Positions 22,523 through 32,326 are shown, counted from the first letter of the stretch. The stretch is 64,000 bases of DNA from Actinomycetes bacterium (GCA_037142235.1 JBAXBB010000001.1:7784-71783), one strand, 5' to 3'. Notes: a model not told the origin generated them from the letters alone. A program made the numbers and translations.

Positions 22523-23359
22523 GTGGCAATCATCATCGTCGCCATCGTGGTCGTCCTGGTCGGAGCACTCGTGTTCCTGCTCGCCACCGGTCGTCGTCGC
22601 GCGACCACTGGCCGACTGAGCCGTGAGACCCGTCAGCGTGACGCCGGAACCCCGACCACCGACCTCGTCTCCACGGCGGACGCCACCGTCGAGGCCCGGG
22701 CCCGGGCCGACGAGTCCCGCGACTCGGCCGGAGGCACCGTGGCCAAGCGCTCGGGCTCCGGGGTGGTCCGCTACGAGCCGGTCGACCCCGAAGAGCTCGG
22801 GGTCACCCGGCGTCAGTTCTTCAACCGGGGGATCCTCACCGGGATCGGTCTCGGCGTGGGTGGGTTCGGCGCCGCGGCGTTGGCCTTCCTCTGGCCCACG
22901 GCCTCGAGCGGTTTCGGCGGCAAGATCACCGTCGGCACGGTGAGCGACGCCGACACTTCCTTCCAGAAGAAGGAGCCCTTCTACAACGCCAGCGCCAAGG
23001 TCTACATCCAGCCCTACCCGAAGGCCGACCTGTCGAAGGCCAAGAAGGTCTACGGCACCGAGCCGGGCGTGTTCGCCGGCATGGAGGCCGGATACGTGGC
23101 GCTCTACCAGAAGTGCGTCCACCTCGGCTGTCGGGTGCCGTGGTGTTCCACCTCGCAGTGGTTCGAGTGCCCGTGCCACGGCTCGAAGTACAACCGGGTC
23201 GGCGAGAAGAAGGGTGGCCCCGCCCCCCGCGGGCTCGACCGCTTCGCCGTGGAGATCTCCGGTTCCAACATCGTCGTCGACACCGCAGTGGTGGTGCAGG
23301 GTCCCCCCATCGGCACCGACACCACCGGACAGGGCCAGGAGGGCGCAGCGTGCGTCTGA
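22523..23359 (+). CDS. qcrA: Rieske [2Fe-2S] protein
   Basis: CVHLGC...CPCHGS. There is an N-terminal TM helix plus an internal twin-arginine-like TRRQFFNRGILTGIGLG anchor. Confidence 0.85.
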   Translation: MAIIIVAIVVVLVGALVFLLATGRRRATTGRLSRETRQRDAGTPTTDLVSTADATVEARARADESRDSAGGTVAKRSGSGVVRYEPVDPEELGVTRRQFFNRGILTGIGLGVGGFGAAALAFLWPTASSGFGGKITVGTVSDADTSFQKKEPFYNASAKVYIQPYPKADLSKAKKVYGTEPGVFAGMEAGYVALYQKCVHLGCRVPWCSTSQWFECPCHGSKYNRVGEKKGGPAPRGLDRFAVEISGSNIVVDTAVVVQGPPIGTDTTGQGQEGAACV

Positions 23360-23411
23360 CCCGGGCCAACCACATCCACGTCCGCCCCTCGCTCTGCCAG
23401 GGAGGTCTCTC

Positions 23412-24641
23412 ATGAACTTCCGTTCCACGCTCATCCTGATCAACGTCGTCGCCTTCGCGCTGATCGCCACCTACCTGGTGTGGAGGGTGATCAGCGTTCG
23501 CCGCAACCCCGACACCAAGGTCGCCGAGAACCTCGGGCCGGGCATGACCGACACGGAACTCGAGGGTCCGCGGCTCGAGCGCGCCTTGGGAACGTCGTTG
23601 ATCTTCGTGCTCGTGGTGGCCCTCGCCCTGCCCCTGTACTTCATCTTCGAGCCCGACCGGAAGGTCCGGGCGCTCGAAGGCTTCGACGAGCGCGCGGCCG
23701 CCCGCGGCGCGGTGCTGTTCTCCAACAACCAGATGCCGCAGTATGACCCCACCAAGTCGTTGCTGTGCGCCAACTGTCACGGCGTCGACGCCCAGGGTGG
23801 GAACGCCCCGTTCGTCATCCAGCCCGAGCTCGACAAGTGCACCGACACCGAGAACAAGTCGAACCTCGCGGTGCCCGAGTGCCTGCCCCAGCAAGTGGCC
23901 TGGGCGGCGCCCCCGCTCGACACCGTGCTCCTCCGCTTCGACGAGTCGCAGGTCTACAACATCCTCACCTGGGGCCGTCCGGGGTCTCCGATGCCCGCCT
24001 GGGGAGTGGAGAGCGGGAAGGGCGTGCTCAACAGTCAGAGCATCAACGACCTGATCGCGTACCTCAAGAGCATCCAGATCAGTTCGACTGCGGCGAAGGA
24101 CCGGAGCACCAAGAACGCGGTCGACTACCGCCAGAACTCGGCCAAGAACGCGACCGACCAGCAGACGGCCCTCACCGCCGCCCAGGCGGCCCTGGTCAAG
24201 GCGAGGGCGGGTGGCAACTCGGCCGCCTTGGTGGCCGCCCAGCTCAAGGTCGACCAGCAGACGGCGGTCGTGGCCAAGGCCCAGGCCTGGGCCGACCAGG
24301 TGTCGAAGATGAGCGAGGGGGAGGTGCTGTTCCGCACCAACTGCGCCCGCTGCCATACCAAGGGCGCCTCGTACTTCGACCCCAACGACCTGCGGCTCGC
24401 CGGGAAGGAAGTGCCTGCGGGGAGTGGCGCCTTCGGGCCCAGCTTGCGCGCGGGGGCGACCCTCGAGCAGTTCCCGGGTCTGGCCGGTGAGCAGCTCCAA
24501 TACAACTGGATCGCCCTGAGCGCTCCGGTCAACGAGGGCTACGGCGTGCGCGGCATCTCCTCGGGTCAGATGCCGCACTTCCTGCACCTCTTGAGCAACG
24601 ACCAGATCAAGGCGATCGTCGCGTACGAGCGCAGTCTCTAG
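23412..24641 (+). CDS. Membrane-anchored diheme c-type cytochrome
   Basis: Two CxxCH motifs (CANCH, CARCH), two N-terminal TM helices and an Ala/Gln-rich helical linker between the heme domains. GGAGG precedes the ATG at 23412. Confidence 0.85.
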   Translation: MNFRSTLILINVVAFALIATYLVWRVISVRRNPDTKVAENLGPGMTDTELEGPRLERALGTSLIFVLVVALALPLYFIFEPDRKVRALEGFDERAAARGAVLFSNNQMPQYDPTKSLLCANCHGVDAQGGNAPFVIQPELDKCTDTENKSNLAVPECLPQQVAWAAPPLDTVLLRFDESQVYNILTWGRPGSPMPAWGVESGKGVLNSQSINDLIAYLKSIQISSTAAKDRSTKNAVDYRQNSAKNATDQQTALTAAQAALVKARAGGNSAALVAAQLKVDQQTAVVAKAQAWADQVSKMSEGEVLFRTNCARCHTKGASYFDPNDLRLAGKEVPAGSGAFGPSLRAGATLEQFPGLAGEQLQYNWIALSAPVNEGYGVRGISSGQMPHFLHLLSNDQIKAIVAYERSL

Positions 24642-24658
24642 TCGGAGAAGGACCTCTC

Positions 24659-25522
24659 TTGACCAGCATCCCCCCCGCCGTGATCACGCTCGGCACCGAA
24701 GCGATCCATCGCACCCTCTGGTACCCGACCATCCTCGGCGTGCTCGTCGTGGTGGCTGCGGCGGTGCTCTTCGTGGGATCGATCTACCTCATGCTCGGCA
24801 CCAACATGGGTGCCCGCCTCGCCTTCCTGGCCGTCTTCTCGGGTCTCACCGGGTTCATGGTCGTCCTGACGACGCTCTGGATGACCACGGCATCCCCGCT
24901 GAACACGATCAAGGGGTCGATCCCCAAGTGGGAGGTCAAGGAGGTCGTCGACAACCCGGCGAAGTCCAAGATCGACACCATCCGCCAGATCGAGTCCAAG
25001 GGGACCACCGTTCCGGCCATCGAAGCGGCCAACGTGAAGGCTGCGGTCGACGAAGCCCTGATCACCAAGGTCAACACCGCGATCGAGAAGTTCACGCCGG
25101 CCGACAACAAGTACGCGCTGTTCGACGTCGTGACCCAGTACCAGGGGGTCACGACGTGGGAGGTCGGCGGGTCCAAGCCGAGCTTCCTCGACTTCCAGTT
25201 CACCCACGCCCCGAAGTACGCGGTCGTGCAGTTCTGTGGGAACTCGCCCAACACGCAGCCCTTCGGTGTGGCCCCCGACGTGCCGAAGTGCGCGCCGGTC
25301 GGCACGCCCGAGGCGGCCCACAACGGTTACGTGGTGCTGGAGTACAACCTGGGTGACCTGCGGCAGCCGCCGATGGTGGCCTTCCTCAGTTCGGCGATCC
25401 TGTTCGCGATCAGCCTGGCGCTGTTCAACTGGTTCGAGAAGGACCGGCGGGCCGCCCAGGAGGCCGAGAAGGCCGGAGCACCCGTCAACACCGCTCGCGC
25501 GCGCGAGTCGGTCGGGGTCTGA
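24659..25522 (+). CDS. Membrane protein with large extracytoplasmic domain, unknown function
   Basis: TTG start with a GGAGAAGG Shine-Dalgarno. Two N-terminal TM helices and one C-terminal TM helix flank a soluble domain of about 170 aa. I recognise no family. Confidence 0.6.
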   Translation: MTSIPPAVITLGTEAIHRTLWYPTILGVLVVVAAAVLFVGSIYLMLGTNMGARLAFLAVFSGLTGFMVVLTTLWMTTASPLNTIKGSIPKWEVKEVVDNPAKSKIDTIRQIESKGTTVPAIEAANVKAAVDEALITKVNTAIEKFTPADNKYALFDVVTQYQGVTTWEVGGSKPSFLDFQFTHAPKYAVVQFCGNSPNTQPFGVAPDVPKCAPVGTPEAAHNGYVVLEYNLGDLRQPPMVAFLSSAILFAISLALFNWFEKDRRAAQEAEKAGAPVNTARARESVGV

Positions 25523-25540
25523 GGCGGGGGAGGACAACGG

Positions 25541-25705
25541 ATGGTCGTGTTCGGACAGCAGGTCGTCGACGCCAGCGGTGAGAACGGGGCAGGCGGTCTC
25601 GCCTTCGTGATCCTCGTCCTGGTGGTGTGCATCATCTGGGGTTCGCTCTTCTTCATGGACCGGGTCCGGAAGCGGGCGATGGAGCGCGACGAGCAGTCGA
25701 ACTGA
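25541..25705 (+). CDS. Small single-TM protein (54 aa), hypothetical
   Basis: MVVFGQQVVDASGENGAGGLAFVILVLVVCIIWGSLFFMDRVRKRAMERDEQSN. GGGGGAGGA lies 7 nt upstream of the ATG. It is not in the ORF track (under 60 aa). Confidence 0.45.
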   Translation: MVVFGQQVVDASGENGAGGLAFVILVLVVCIIWGSLFFMDRVRKRAMERDEQSN

Positions 25706-25741
25706 CGGCTAGGCCCTGAGGGCTCAGCCCACTCGGTCCAC

Positions 25742-27016
25742 TTAGTCGGTCGCGGCCTCGGCCGCCGCCTCGTACGCGAGCTCGACGGTGCGGGCGAGGT
25801 CGGCGTCGGTGTGGGCCAGGCTCGGGAACATCGCCTCGAAGGCGCTCGGCGCGATGTACACCCCTCGCGCCAGCAGCGCGTGGAAGAACCGCGCGTAACG
25901 GGCGGTGTCGGCGGCCTTGGCGTCGTCGTAGGTGCGGACCGGTGCCTCGGCGAGGAAGACGCCGCACAGGGTCCAGGCCCGCGGCGCGGTATTGGGGATC
26001 CCGGCGGCGCTGAGGGCGCCGTGGAGTCCGGCTGCGAGCGTGGTGGCCTTCGCCTCGAGGGTCTCGTACGCGTCGGGGGTGAGCTCGGCGAGCACGGCGA
26101 GGCCGGCGGCGGTGGCGAGGGGGTTCCCGGAGAGCGTCCCGGCCTGGTAGACGCCGCCGAGCGGCGCGAGGTGATCCATGACCGCGGCCGGGCCACCGAG
26201 GGCCGCGAGCGGGAGACCACCGCCCACGACCTTGCCGAAGATCGACAGGTCGGGCGTCACCCCTGAGCGACCTTGAGCCCCCTCAGGTCCGACGCGGAAC
26301 CCGGTGATCACCTCGTCGAAGACGAGCAGCGTTCCAGCCGACGTGGCCCGAGCCCGGAGGTGCTCGAGAAAGCCCGGATCGGGTTGAACCAGGCCCATGT
26401 TGGCGGCGACCGGCTCCACCAGGACGGCGGCGATCTGGTCGCGGTAGCGCTCGAACGCGGCGTCGACGCCCGCGACGTCGTTGAAGTCGACGACGATGGT
26501 GTCGACGACCGTGCCGGCGGTGACGCCGGCCGACCCGGGCAGCCCGAGGGTGGCGAGGCCGCTGCCGGCCGCCACCAGGAGGGCGTCGAGGTGCCCGTGG
26601 TAGCACCCGGCGAACTTCACGACCTTGTCGCGTCCGGTGGCTCCGCGCGCCAGGCGGACGGCCGTCATCGCGGCCTCGGTGCCCGACGACACGAGGCGGA
26701 CCTTCTCCACCGAGGAGACCCGGTCGGCGATGGCCTCGGCGAGCTCGACCTCCCGGGTCGTGGGGGCTCCGAACGAGGTGCCGTCCGCGGCAGCCCGCTG
26801 GACGGCCTCGACCACCTTCGGATGGGCGTGGCCGAGGATCGACGCTCCCCACGACTGCACATAGTCGAGGAAGCAGCGACCGTCGGTGGCGTAGAGGTGC
26901 GCGCCTTCCCCGCGAGCCACGAAGAATGGCTCACCCCCGACCGAGCCGAAGGCGCGAACCGGTGAGTTGACCCCGCCGGGGATGCGCGCCTGCGCCCGTT
27001 CGAAGAGGTCGCTCAC
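25742..27016 (-). CDS. hemL: Glutamate-1-semialdehyde 2,1-aminomutase
   Basis: The full-length pattern matches HemL (IPGGVNSPVRAF..., class-III aminotransferase). Confidence 0.95.
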   Translation of the reverse strand: MSDLFERAQARIPGGVNSPVRAFGSVGGEPFFVARGEGAHLYATDGRCFLDYVQSWGASILGHAHPKVVEAVQRAAADGTSFGAPTTREVELAEAIADRVSSVEKVRLVSSGTEAAMTAVRLARGATGRDKVVKFAGCYHGHLDALLVAAGSGLATLGLPGSAGVTAGTVVDTIVVDFNDVAGVDAAFERYRDQIAAVLVEPVAANMGLVQPDPGFLEHLRARATSAGTLLVFDEVITGFRVGPEGAQGRSGVTPDLSIFGKVVGGGLPLAALGGPAAVMDHLAPLGGVYQAGTLSGNPLATAAGLAVLAELTPDAYETLEAKATTLAAGLHGALSAAGIPNTAPRAWTLCGVFLAEAPVRTYDDAKAADTARYARFFHALLARGVYIAPSAFEAMFPSLAHTDADLARTVELAYEAAAEAATD

Positions 27017-27996
27017 CGGTCGAGCAGTCGTTCGGCGAGCTCGCGGGCGAAGTAGGTGAGCACGAAGTCGGCGCCTGCCCGCTTGATCGCGGTCACGTGC
27101 TCACGGGCCACGGCGTCGCCGTCGATCCAACCGTTGCGCGCGGCGGCGATCACCATCGCGTACTCGGCGCTCACGTGGTAGGCGCCCACCGGAGCATCGG
27201 TGGCCGAACGGACCGAAGCGATGATGTCGAGGTACGCCAGCGCGGGCTTGACCATCACCATGTCGGCACCCTCGGACAGGTCGAGGCCGACCTCCTCGAG
27301 GGCCTCCCGGGCATTGGGAGGGTCCATCTGGTACGACCTCCGGTCCCCGAACGCGGGCGCGCACTCGGCGGCGTCGCGGAACGGGCCGTAGAGCGCCGAG
27401 GCGTACTTGGCTGCGTAGGCGAGGATCGGGACGTCGGGGTGGCCCGCGTCGTCGAGTCCGTTGCGGATGGCGCCGACCTGACCGTCCATCATCCCGGACG
27501 GGGCCACGACGTGGGCCCCGGCCTCGGCCTGCGCCACCGCCGCCAGGGCGTAGCGCTCGAGGGTGGCGTCGTTGTCGACCTGGCCGGCGGCGTCGAGGAT
27601 GCCGCAGTGCCCGTGGTCGGTGTACTCGTCGAGGCACGTGTCGGCCATCAGGACGACGTCGTCGCCGACGGCGCCGCGCAGTTCGCGCAGTGCCCGCTGG
27701 ACGATGCCGTCGGGATCGTCGGCGCCGGATCCCCGGGCGTCCTTGACGGCCGGGATCCCGAACACGATGACCGCAGGGACGCCGAGGTCGCGCAGGGTCC
27801 GGACCTCGGCGGTGAGGCTCGGGATCGTGTGTTGGACCACGCCGGGCATCGAGGCCACGGGGTCGGGCTCGGAGATCCCCTCTTTCACGAACAGGGGAGC
27901 CACGAGGTCGTCGACGGAGACCCGGGTCTGGGCCACCAGGCGGCGCAGGGCCGGGGTGCGACGCAGGCGCCGCGGTCGCTGGTCGGGGAACGACAT
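27013..27996 (-). CDS. hemB: Porphobilinogen synthase (delta-aminolevulinate dehydratase)
   Basis: RPRRLRRTPALRRLV..., YHVSAEYAM and MVKPA, the typical HemB motifs. Confidence 0.95.
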   Translation of the reverse strand: MSFPDQRPRRLRRTPALRRLVAQTRVSVDDLVAPLFVKEGISEPDPVASMPGVVQHTIPSLTAEVRTLRDLGVPAVIVFGIPAVKDARGSGADDPDGIVQRALRELRGAVGDDVVLMADTCLDEYTDHGHCGILDAAGQVDNDATLERYALAAVAQAEAGAHVVAPSGMMDGQVGAIRNGLDDAGHPDVPILAYAAKYASALYGPFRDAAECAPAFGDRRSYQMDPPNAREALEEVGLDLSEGADMVMVKPALAYLDIIASVRSATDAPVGAYHVSAEYAMVIAAARNGWIDGDAVAREHVTAIKRAGADFVLTYFARELAERLLDR

Positions 27997-28045
27997 GGCA
28001 TTCGATCGTAGTGGCCGTCGCGCGGCGGTTCTCCGGGGGTGGGGT

Positions 28046-29506
28046 TCAGCGCGCCAGGAGGGCGAGGACGGCGCCGACCACCCCGTCGACGGTGTGGTCG
28101 GTGGCCTCCGAGGCGACCGTCAGGCCCAGTTCGCGGGCCGTGGCGGAGGTCACCGGGCCGATCGACACCACGGCTGGGGCCGGATCGAGTGGGCCGACGA
28201 GGTCGACGAAGTTGCGCACCGTCGACGACGACGTGAACGTCACGGCGTCGGTCGCGCCCGTGCGCACGAGGTCGAGGGCGGCGGGATCGGGGTCGGCGGT
28301 GACCGTGCGGTAGACGGGCAGGACCTCCACGGCGTACCCCCGCTCGCCCAGGCCGGCGGGCAGGACGTCGCGCGCTTCTCGGGCTCGCGCGATCAGGACC
28401 CGTTCGCCGGGAGCGCCCGGACCGGGGAAGGCGTCGAGGAGCGCCTCGGCCACGAACCGCTCGGGCACGAGGTCGACCCGGAGGCCGTGGCGGGCGAGGG
28501 CGCCTGCCGTGCCGGGGCCGATGGCGGCGACCCGGGTGCCCGCCAGCGCCCGGGCGTCGAGACCAGCGGGTGCGAGCCCGCGGTCGAAGAATGCGTGCAC
28601 CCCGTTGACCGAGGTGAAGACCACCCAGGAGAATCCGGACAGGTCGGGGATGGCGAAGTCGATCGGCTCGACCGCGATCGACGGCAGCTCCACGACGCCG
28701 GCCCCGAGGTGCTCGAGGCGCTGGCGCAGCCCGCTGACCTGCTCGCGCGCCCGGGTCACGATGATGGTCCGACCGAACAGCGGGCGCTGCTCGAACCACC
28801 CGAGTTCGAGCCCCGCCACGGCGCCGACGACGACGGCCGACGGTGCCCGGATCCCGGCGACGGCCACGGTGCCCAAGGTGGCGCGCACGGTCGACTGATC
28901 GGGGCGGGTGCCGTTGCGAACCGCGGCCACTGGGGTCTCGGGGGGGAGCCCGCCGGCCATCAGACGTTGGGCGATGCCGGCGATGCGCGCGGCGCCCATG
29001 AGGATCACGATGGTGCCGCCGACCTTGGACAGGGCCTCCCAGTCCACGTCGGTGCGCCCCTTGTCGGGATCCTCGTTGCCGGTGACCACGGTGAAGTGGG
29101 TCGAGAGACCCCGGTGGGTGACGGGGATCCCTGCGTACGACGGTGCGCCGATGGCGCTCGTGATGCCCGGGACGACCTCGAACGCGACGCCCGCCGCGGC
29201 GAGCGCCTCAGCCTCCTCGCCACCGCGCCCGAAGACGTAGGGGTCACCGCCCTTGAGTCGTACGACCTCGAGTCCGGCGCGCCCCTTCTCGACCAGGACC
29301 GCGTTGATCTCGTCCTGGGTGAGGTCGACCTTGCCGGGGGCCTTGCCGGCCGTGATCATCTCGGCGTCGGGTCGGGCCAAGGCCAGCAGGTCGGCGGTGC
29401 CGAGCCGGTCGTGCACCACCACGTCGGCGCGTGCCAGGAGCTCGCCGCCTCGCCGGGTCAGCAGTCCGGGGTCGCCGGGTCCGGCGCCCACGAGGTAGAC
29501 GGTCAC
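28046..29506 (-). CDS. hemD: Uroporphyrinogen-III C-methyltransferase / uroporphyrinogen-III synthase fusion
   Basis: From GTG at 29506: VYLVGAGPGDPGLLT...LKGGDPYVFGRGGEE (CobA/SUMT), then a HemD-like C-terminal half. The start overlaps the hemC stop (GTGA). Confidence 0.9.
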   Translation of the reverse strand: MTVYLVGAGPGDPGLLTRRGGELLARADVVVHDRLGTADLLALARPDAEMITAGKAPGKVDLTQDEINAVLVEKGRAGLEVVRLKGGDPYVFGRGGEEAEALAAAGVAFEVVPGITSAIGAPSYAGIPVTHRGLSTHFTVVTGNEDPDKGRTDVDWEALSKVGGTIVILMGAARIAGIAQRLMAGGLPPETPVAAVRNGTRPDQSTVRATLGTVAVAGIRAPSAVVVGAVAGLELGWFEQRPLFGRTIIVTRAREQVSGLRQRLEHLGAGVVELPSIAVEPIDFAIPDLSGFSWVVFTSVNGVHAFFDRGLAPAGLDARALAGTRVAAIGPGTAGALARHGLRVDLVPERFVAEALLDAFPGPGAPGERVLIARAREARDVLPAGLGERGYAVEVLPVYRTVTADPDPAALDLVRTGATDAVTFTSSSTVRNFVDLVGPLDPAPAVVSIGPVTSATARELGLTVASEATDHTVDGVVGAVLALLAR

Positions 29507-30393
29507 GCGACCTCCTCGAGTAGGGCCCGCCCGCCGGCGTCGTCGAGGAGACGGCGCGCCGCCTCGTCGCCGGTGGACACGGGGTCGGCGCCGACGCACG
29601 ACGCCCGCACGACGGTCACGCCGTCGAGGGAGGCCAGGAGCACGTCGAGGGTCGTCGCGCCGTCGGGGCCGACCCGGGCGTAGGCCCCCACGGGCAGGTC
29701 GCACCCGCCGCCGAGGTGGGCCAGGAACGCCCGCTCGGCGGTGACGGCGGTGTGGGCAACGACGTCGTCGACGGCGGCGAGCGCGCTGAGCGTGGAGCCG
29801 TCGTCGGACCGGCACTCCACGGCGATCGCGCCCTGGCCGACCTGCGGGAGGACGACGTCGACGCCGAGTCGTTCGGCGATGCGGCCGGTGAGACCGAGCC
29901 GCTCGAGCGCCACGGCTGCGACCACCACGGCGTTGAAGTCGGCCGACCGGTCGAGCCGCGTGGCGATGTTGCCCCGGATCTCCCCGAAGGTCAGATCGGG
30001 CCGGGCGTGGGCGAGTTGGGCCCGGCGGCGCACCGCACCCGTGCCCACGCGTGCTCCCAGGGCCAGGCCGGCGAGCGTGGATCCGACGAGCGCGTCGCGC
30101 GGGTCGCCTCGCTCGGGCACGGCCGCGATGGTGAGACCGGTGGTGGGCTGCGACGGCAGGTCCTTGGCCGAGTGCACGGCGAAGTCGGCGTCACCGGCGA
30201 GCACGGCCTCCTGGACCTCCTTGACGAAGACCCCGGTCCCCCCGAGGGAGTGGATGGGGACGTCGGTGCGACGGTCACCGGTGGTGCTCACCACGACGAC
30301 GTCGACCTCGATCCCGAGCCGGGCCACCACGGAGTCGGTCTGGCGACGGGCCAGGTCACTGCCGCGTGTGGCGACGCGCAAGCGCGGCGCCAT
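29503..30393 (-). CDS. hemC: Hydroxymethylbilane synthase (porphobilinogen deaminase)
   Basis: LRVATRGSDLARRQT...RGNIATRL..., the HemC pattern. Confidence 0.95.
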   Translation of the reverse strand: MAPRLRVATRGSDLARRQTDSVVARLGIEVDVVVVSTTGDRRTDVPIHSLGGTGVFVKEVQEAVLAGDADFAVHSAKDLPSQPTTGLTIAAVPERGDPRDALVGSTLAGLALGARVGTGAVRRRAQLAHARPDLTFGEIRGNIATRLDRSADFNAVVVAAVALERLGLTGRIAERLGVDVVLPQVGQGAIAVECRSDDGSTLSALAAVDDVVAHTAVTAERAFLAHLGGGCDLPVGAYARVGPDGATTLDVLLASLDGVTVVRASCVGADPVSTGDEAARRLLDDAGGRALLEEVA

Positions 30394-31667
30394 CAGCCGT
30401 CGCTGCTGGGCGGCGCGAGTGCGAACAGCTCGGCGAGGGTGTCGGCGTAGGTCTCGCCGAGGGACGAGCCGGCGGCGTCGCGGAGCCGGACGGTGGGTTC
30501 GTGCAGCAACTTGTTGACGAGTCCGCGGGTGATGGACTCCACGATCTCGCGGACTGCGGGGTCGTCGATCGCCGCGCGGCGGCGTTCGATCTCGGCCGTG
30601 CGGATCGCCTCGGCGCGCTCGCGCAGCGCGGTGATGAGGGGTGCGACCTCACGCGCCGAACGCTCCGCCCGGTACCGGTCGATCTCGTCGGCGATGATCT
30701 CGCGCACCCGACCGACCTCGGCTCGGCGTTGCTGGAGGGAATGCTCGCCCAGCGCGCGCAGGGCGTCGATGTCGAGGAGGGTCACCCCGAACACCTGGGC
30801 CACGCCGGGATCGATGTCTCGGGGCACCGCCACATCGATGAGGAGCATGGCCCGGTCGTGGCGGGCGCGCATGGCGGCCTCGATGTCGGTGCGGGTCACG
30901 AGCACCTCGTCGGCCCCGGTGCACGAGAGGAGCACGTCGGTGGTGACCATCGTCTCGGCGATCTGCTCGAGGCCGATCGCCCGGCCCCCGACCCGCTCGG
31001 CCACGGCCTGCGCCCGTTCGGGGGTGCGGTTGGCCACGACGATCTCGCCGACGCCGGCCCCGGAGAGGGCCACCGCAGTCTGCTCACCCATCTTCCCGGC
31101 GCCGATCACCAGCACCCGTCGACCTTCGAGGGACCCGAGCCGATCGGCGGCGAGGGTCACCGCCGCCGACGACACCGACACGGCGTAGCGCCCGATGCCG
31201 GTCTCGGTGCGGGCCCGCTTGCCGACCTCGATCGCCTGGCGGAACGTCCGCGAGAGCAGCGGTCCGGTGGTGTGCTCGTCCTCGGCGACGCGCCACGCCT
31301 CGCGCACCTGGCCCTGGATCTCGTGCTCCCCGATGATCATGGAGTCGAGGCCGGCGGTGACCGCGAACAGGTGCGCGACGGCGGCTTCGTCGTGGTAGGC
31401 GTAGATGAGTTCGGCGAGCGTCTCCGGGTCGATGCCGCCGACCTCGGCGAGGAAGTGCCGGACGTCGTCGACGCCCGGGTGGAAGAGGGTGGCGCGGACG
31501 TAGACCTCGGTCCGGTTGCAGGTGGAGACGAGCACCGCTTCGGCGACGTGCTCACGCGAGACGAGGTCGTGAAGGGCCTTGGGCAGCGCCCGACCCGACA
31601 CCGACACCTGCTCCAGCAGGCCCACCGGAGCGTTGCGATGGTTCAGGCCGACGACGACGAGAGACAC
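30393..31667 (-). CDS. hemA: Glutamyl-tRNA reductase
   Basis: From GTG at 31667: VSLVVVGLNHRNAPVGLLEQ...STCNRTEVY, with an NADPH-binding region VIGAGKMGE. It overlaps the sirC-like stop by 25 nt. Confidence 0.9.
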   Translation of the reverse strand: MSLVVVGLNHRNAPVGLLEQVSVSGRALPKALHDLVSREHVAEAVLVSTCNRTEVYVRATLFHPGVDDVRHFLAEVGGIDPETLAELIYAYHDEAAVAHLFAVTAGLDSMIIGEHEIQGQVREAWRVAEDEHTTGPLLSRTFRQAIEVGKRARTETGIGRYAVSVSSAAVTLAADRLGSLEGRRVLVIGAGKMGEQTAVALSGAGVGEIVVANRTPERAQAVAERVGGRAIGLEQIAETMVTTDVLLSCTGADEVLVTRTDIEAAMRARHDRAMLLIDVAVPRDIDPGVAQVFGVTLLDIDALRALGEHSLQQRRAEVGRVREIIADEIDRYRAERSAREVAPLITALRERAEAIRTAEIERRRAAIDDPAVREIVESITRGLVNKLLHEPTVRLRDAAGSSLGETYADTLAELFALAPPSSDG

Positions 31668-32320
31668 GTCTGGAGGAGCTCCTTGGCCTCGGCCAGTCGG
31701 CCGGATCGGATGAGCCCGAGGATGCCGGAATCGATGGCGCGCTGCCAATCGGCGTCCTCGGTCGGTCGCCCGGTGGCCCGCATCGCCTCCCGGGCCTCGG
31801 AAAGCAGGTCGAGCAGGACCGAGTACTCGGGCCCGAGCTCTTCCTGCACGTGGTTGCGCAGCCAGGTGGCCAGTGCCGGGCTCCGGCCGCCGGTGCCGAT
31901 GGTCACGACGAGGTCCCCCTGGCGCACCGTCGACATCCGGGTGAAGCTTCCCGTGTCGTCGGCGGCGTTCATCCAGATCCGGCGGGCCTCGGCGGCCTCG
32001 GCGACGGCCCGGTCGACGACGGCCACGGCGGTGGCCGAGGTGGCTAGCCAGGCTCCGTCGAGATCGGTGGGCACGAAGGTCCGCAGGTGCAGCGTCAGGC
32101 GGCCCTCGTCGGCCCAGGCCCGGACGGCACCGTCGGCCGCGGGCGCCACCACGTGGACGTCGGCACCGGCCTCGAGGAGCCCGGAGATCTTGCGGGTGGC
32201 GATGCGGCCGGCACCGACCACCACACAACGGCGCCCGGCTACCAGCAGGTTGACGGGATACCCGCCCAGCCCGGGCCGGCCTGGGGGCGCAGGGTCGGCG
32301 TTGCCGGGGTCGGCGCTCAC
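31643..32320 (-). CDS. Precorrin-2 dehydrogenase / sirohydrochlorin ferrochelatase (SirC / CysG N-domain-like)
   Basis: YPVNLLVAGRRCVVVGAGRIATRKISGLLEAGADVHVVAP is the Rossmann region typical of the siroheme synthase N-terminus. Confidence 0.75.
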   Translation of the reverse strand: MSADPGNADPAPPGRPGLGGYPVNLLVAGRRCVVVGAGRIATRKISGLLEAGADVHVVAPAADGAVRAWADEGRLTLHLRTFVPTDLDGAWLATSATAVAVVDRAVAEAAEARRIWMNAADDTGSFTRMSTVRQGDLVVTIGTGGRSPALATWLRNHVQEELGPEYSVLLDLLSEAREAMRATGRPTEDADWQRAIDSGILGLIRSGRLAEAKELLQTCLSSSSA

Positions 32321-32326
32321 GGGCCC

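Noticed and set aside
20852-23470. 872-aa minus-strand ORF spanning the cytochrome b, subunit IV and Rieske genes
   Set aside because: It is antisense to three genes with unambiguous cofactor motifs. Its composition (R/G/D/E/P-rich) has no recognisable fold. It is a high-GC artefact.
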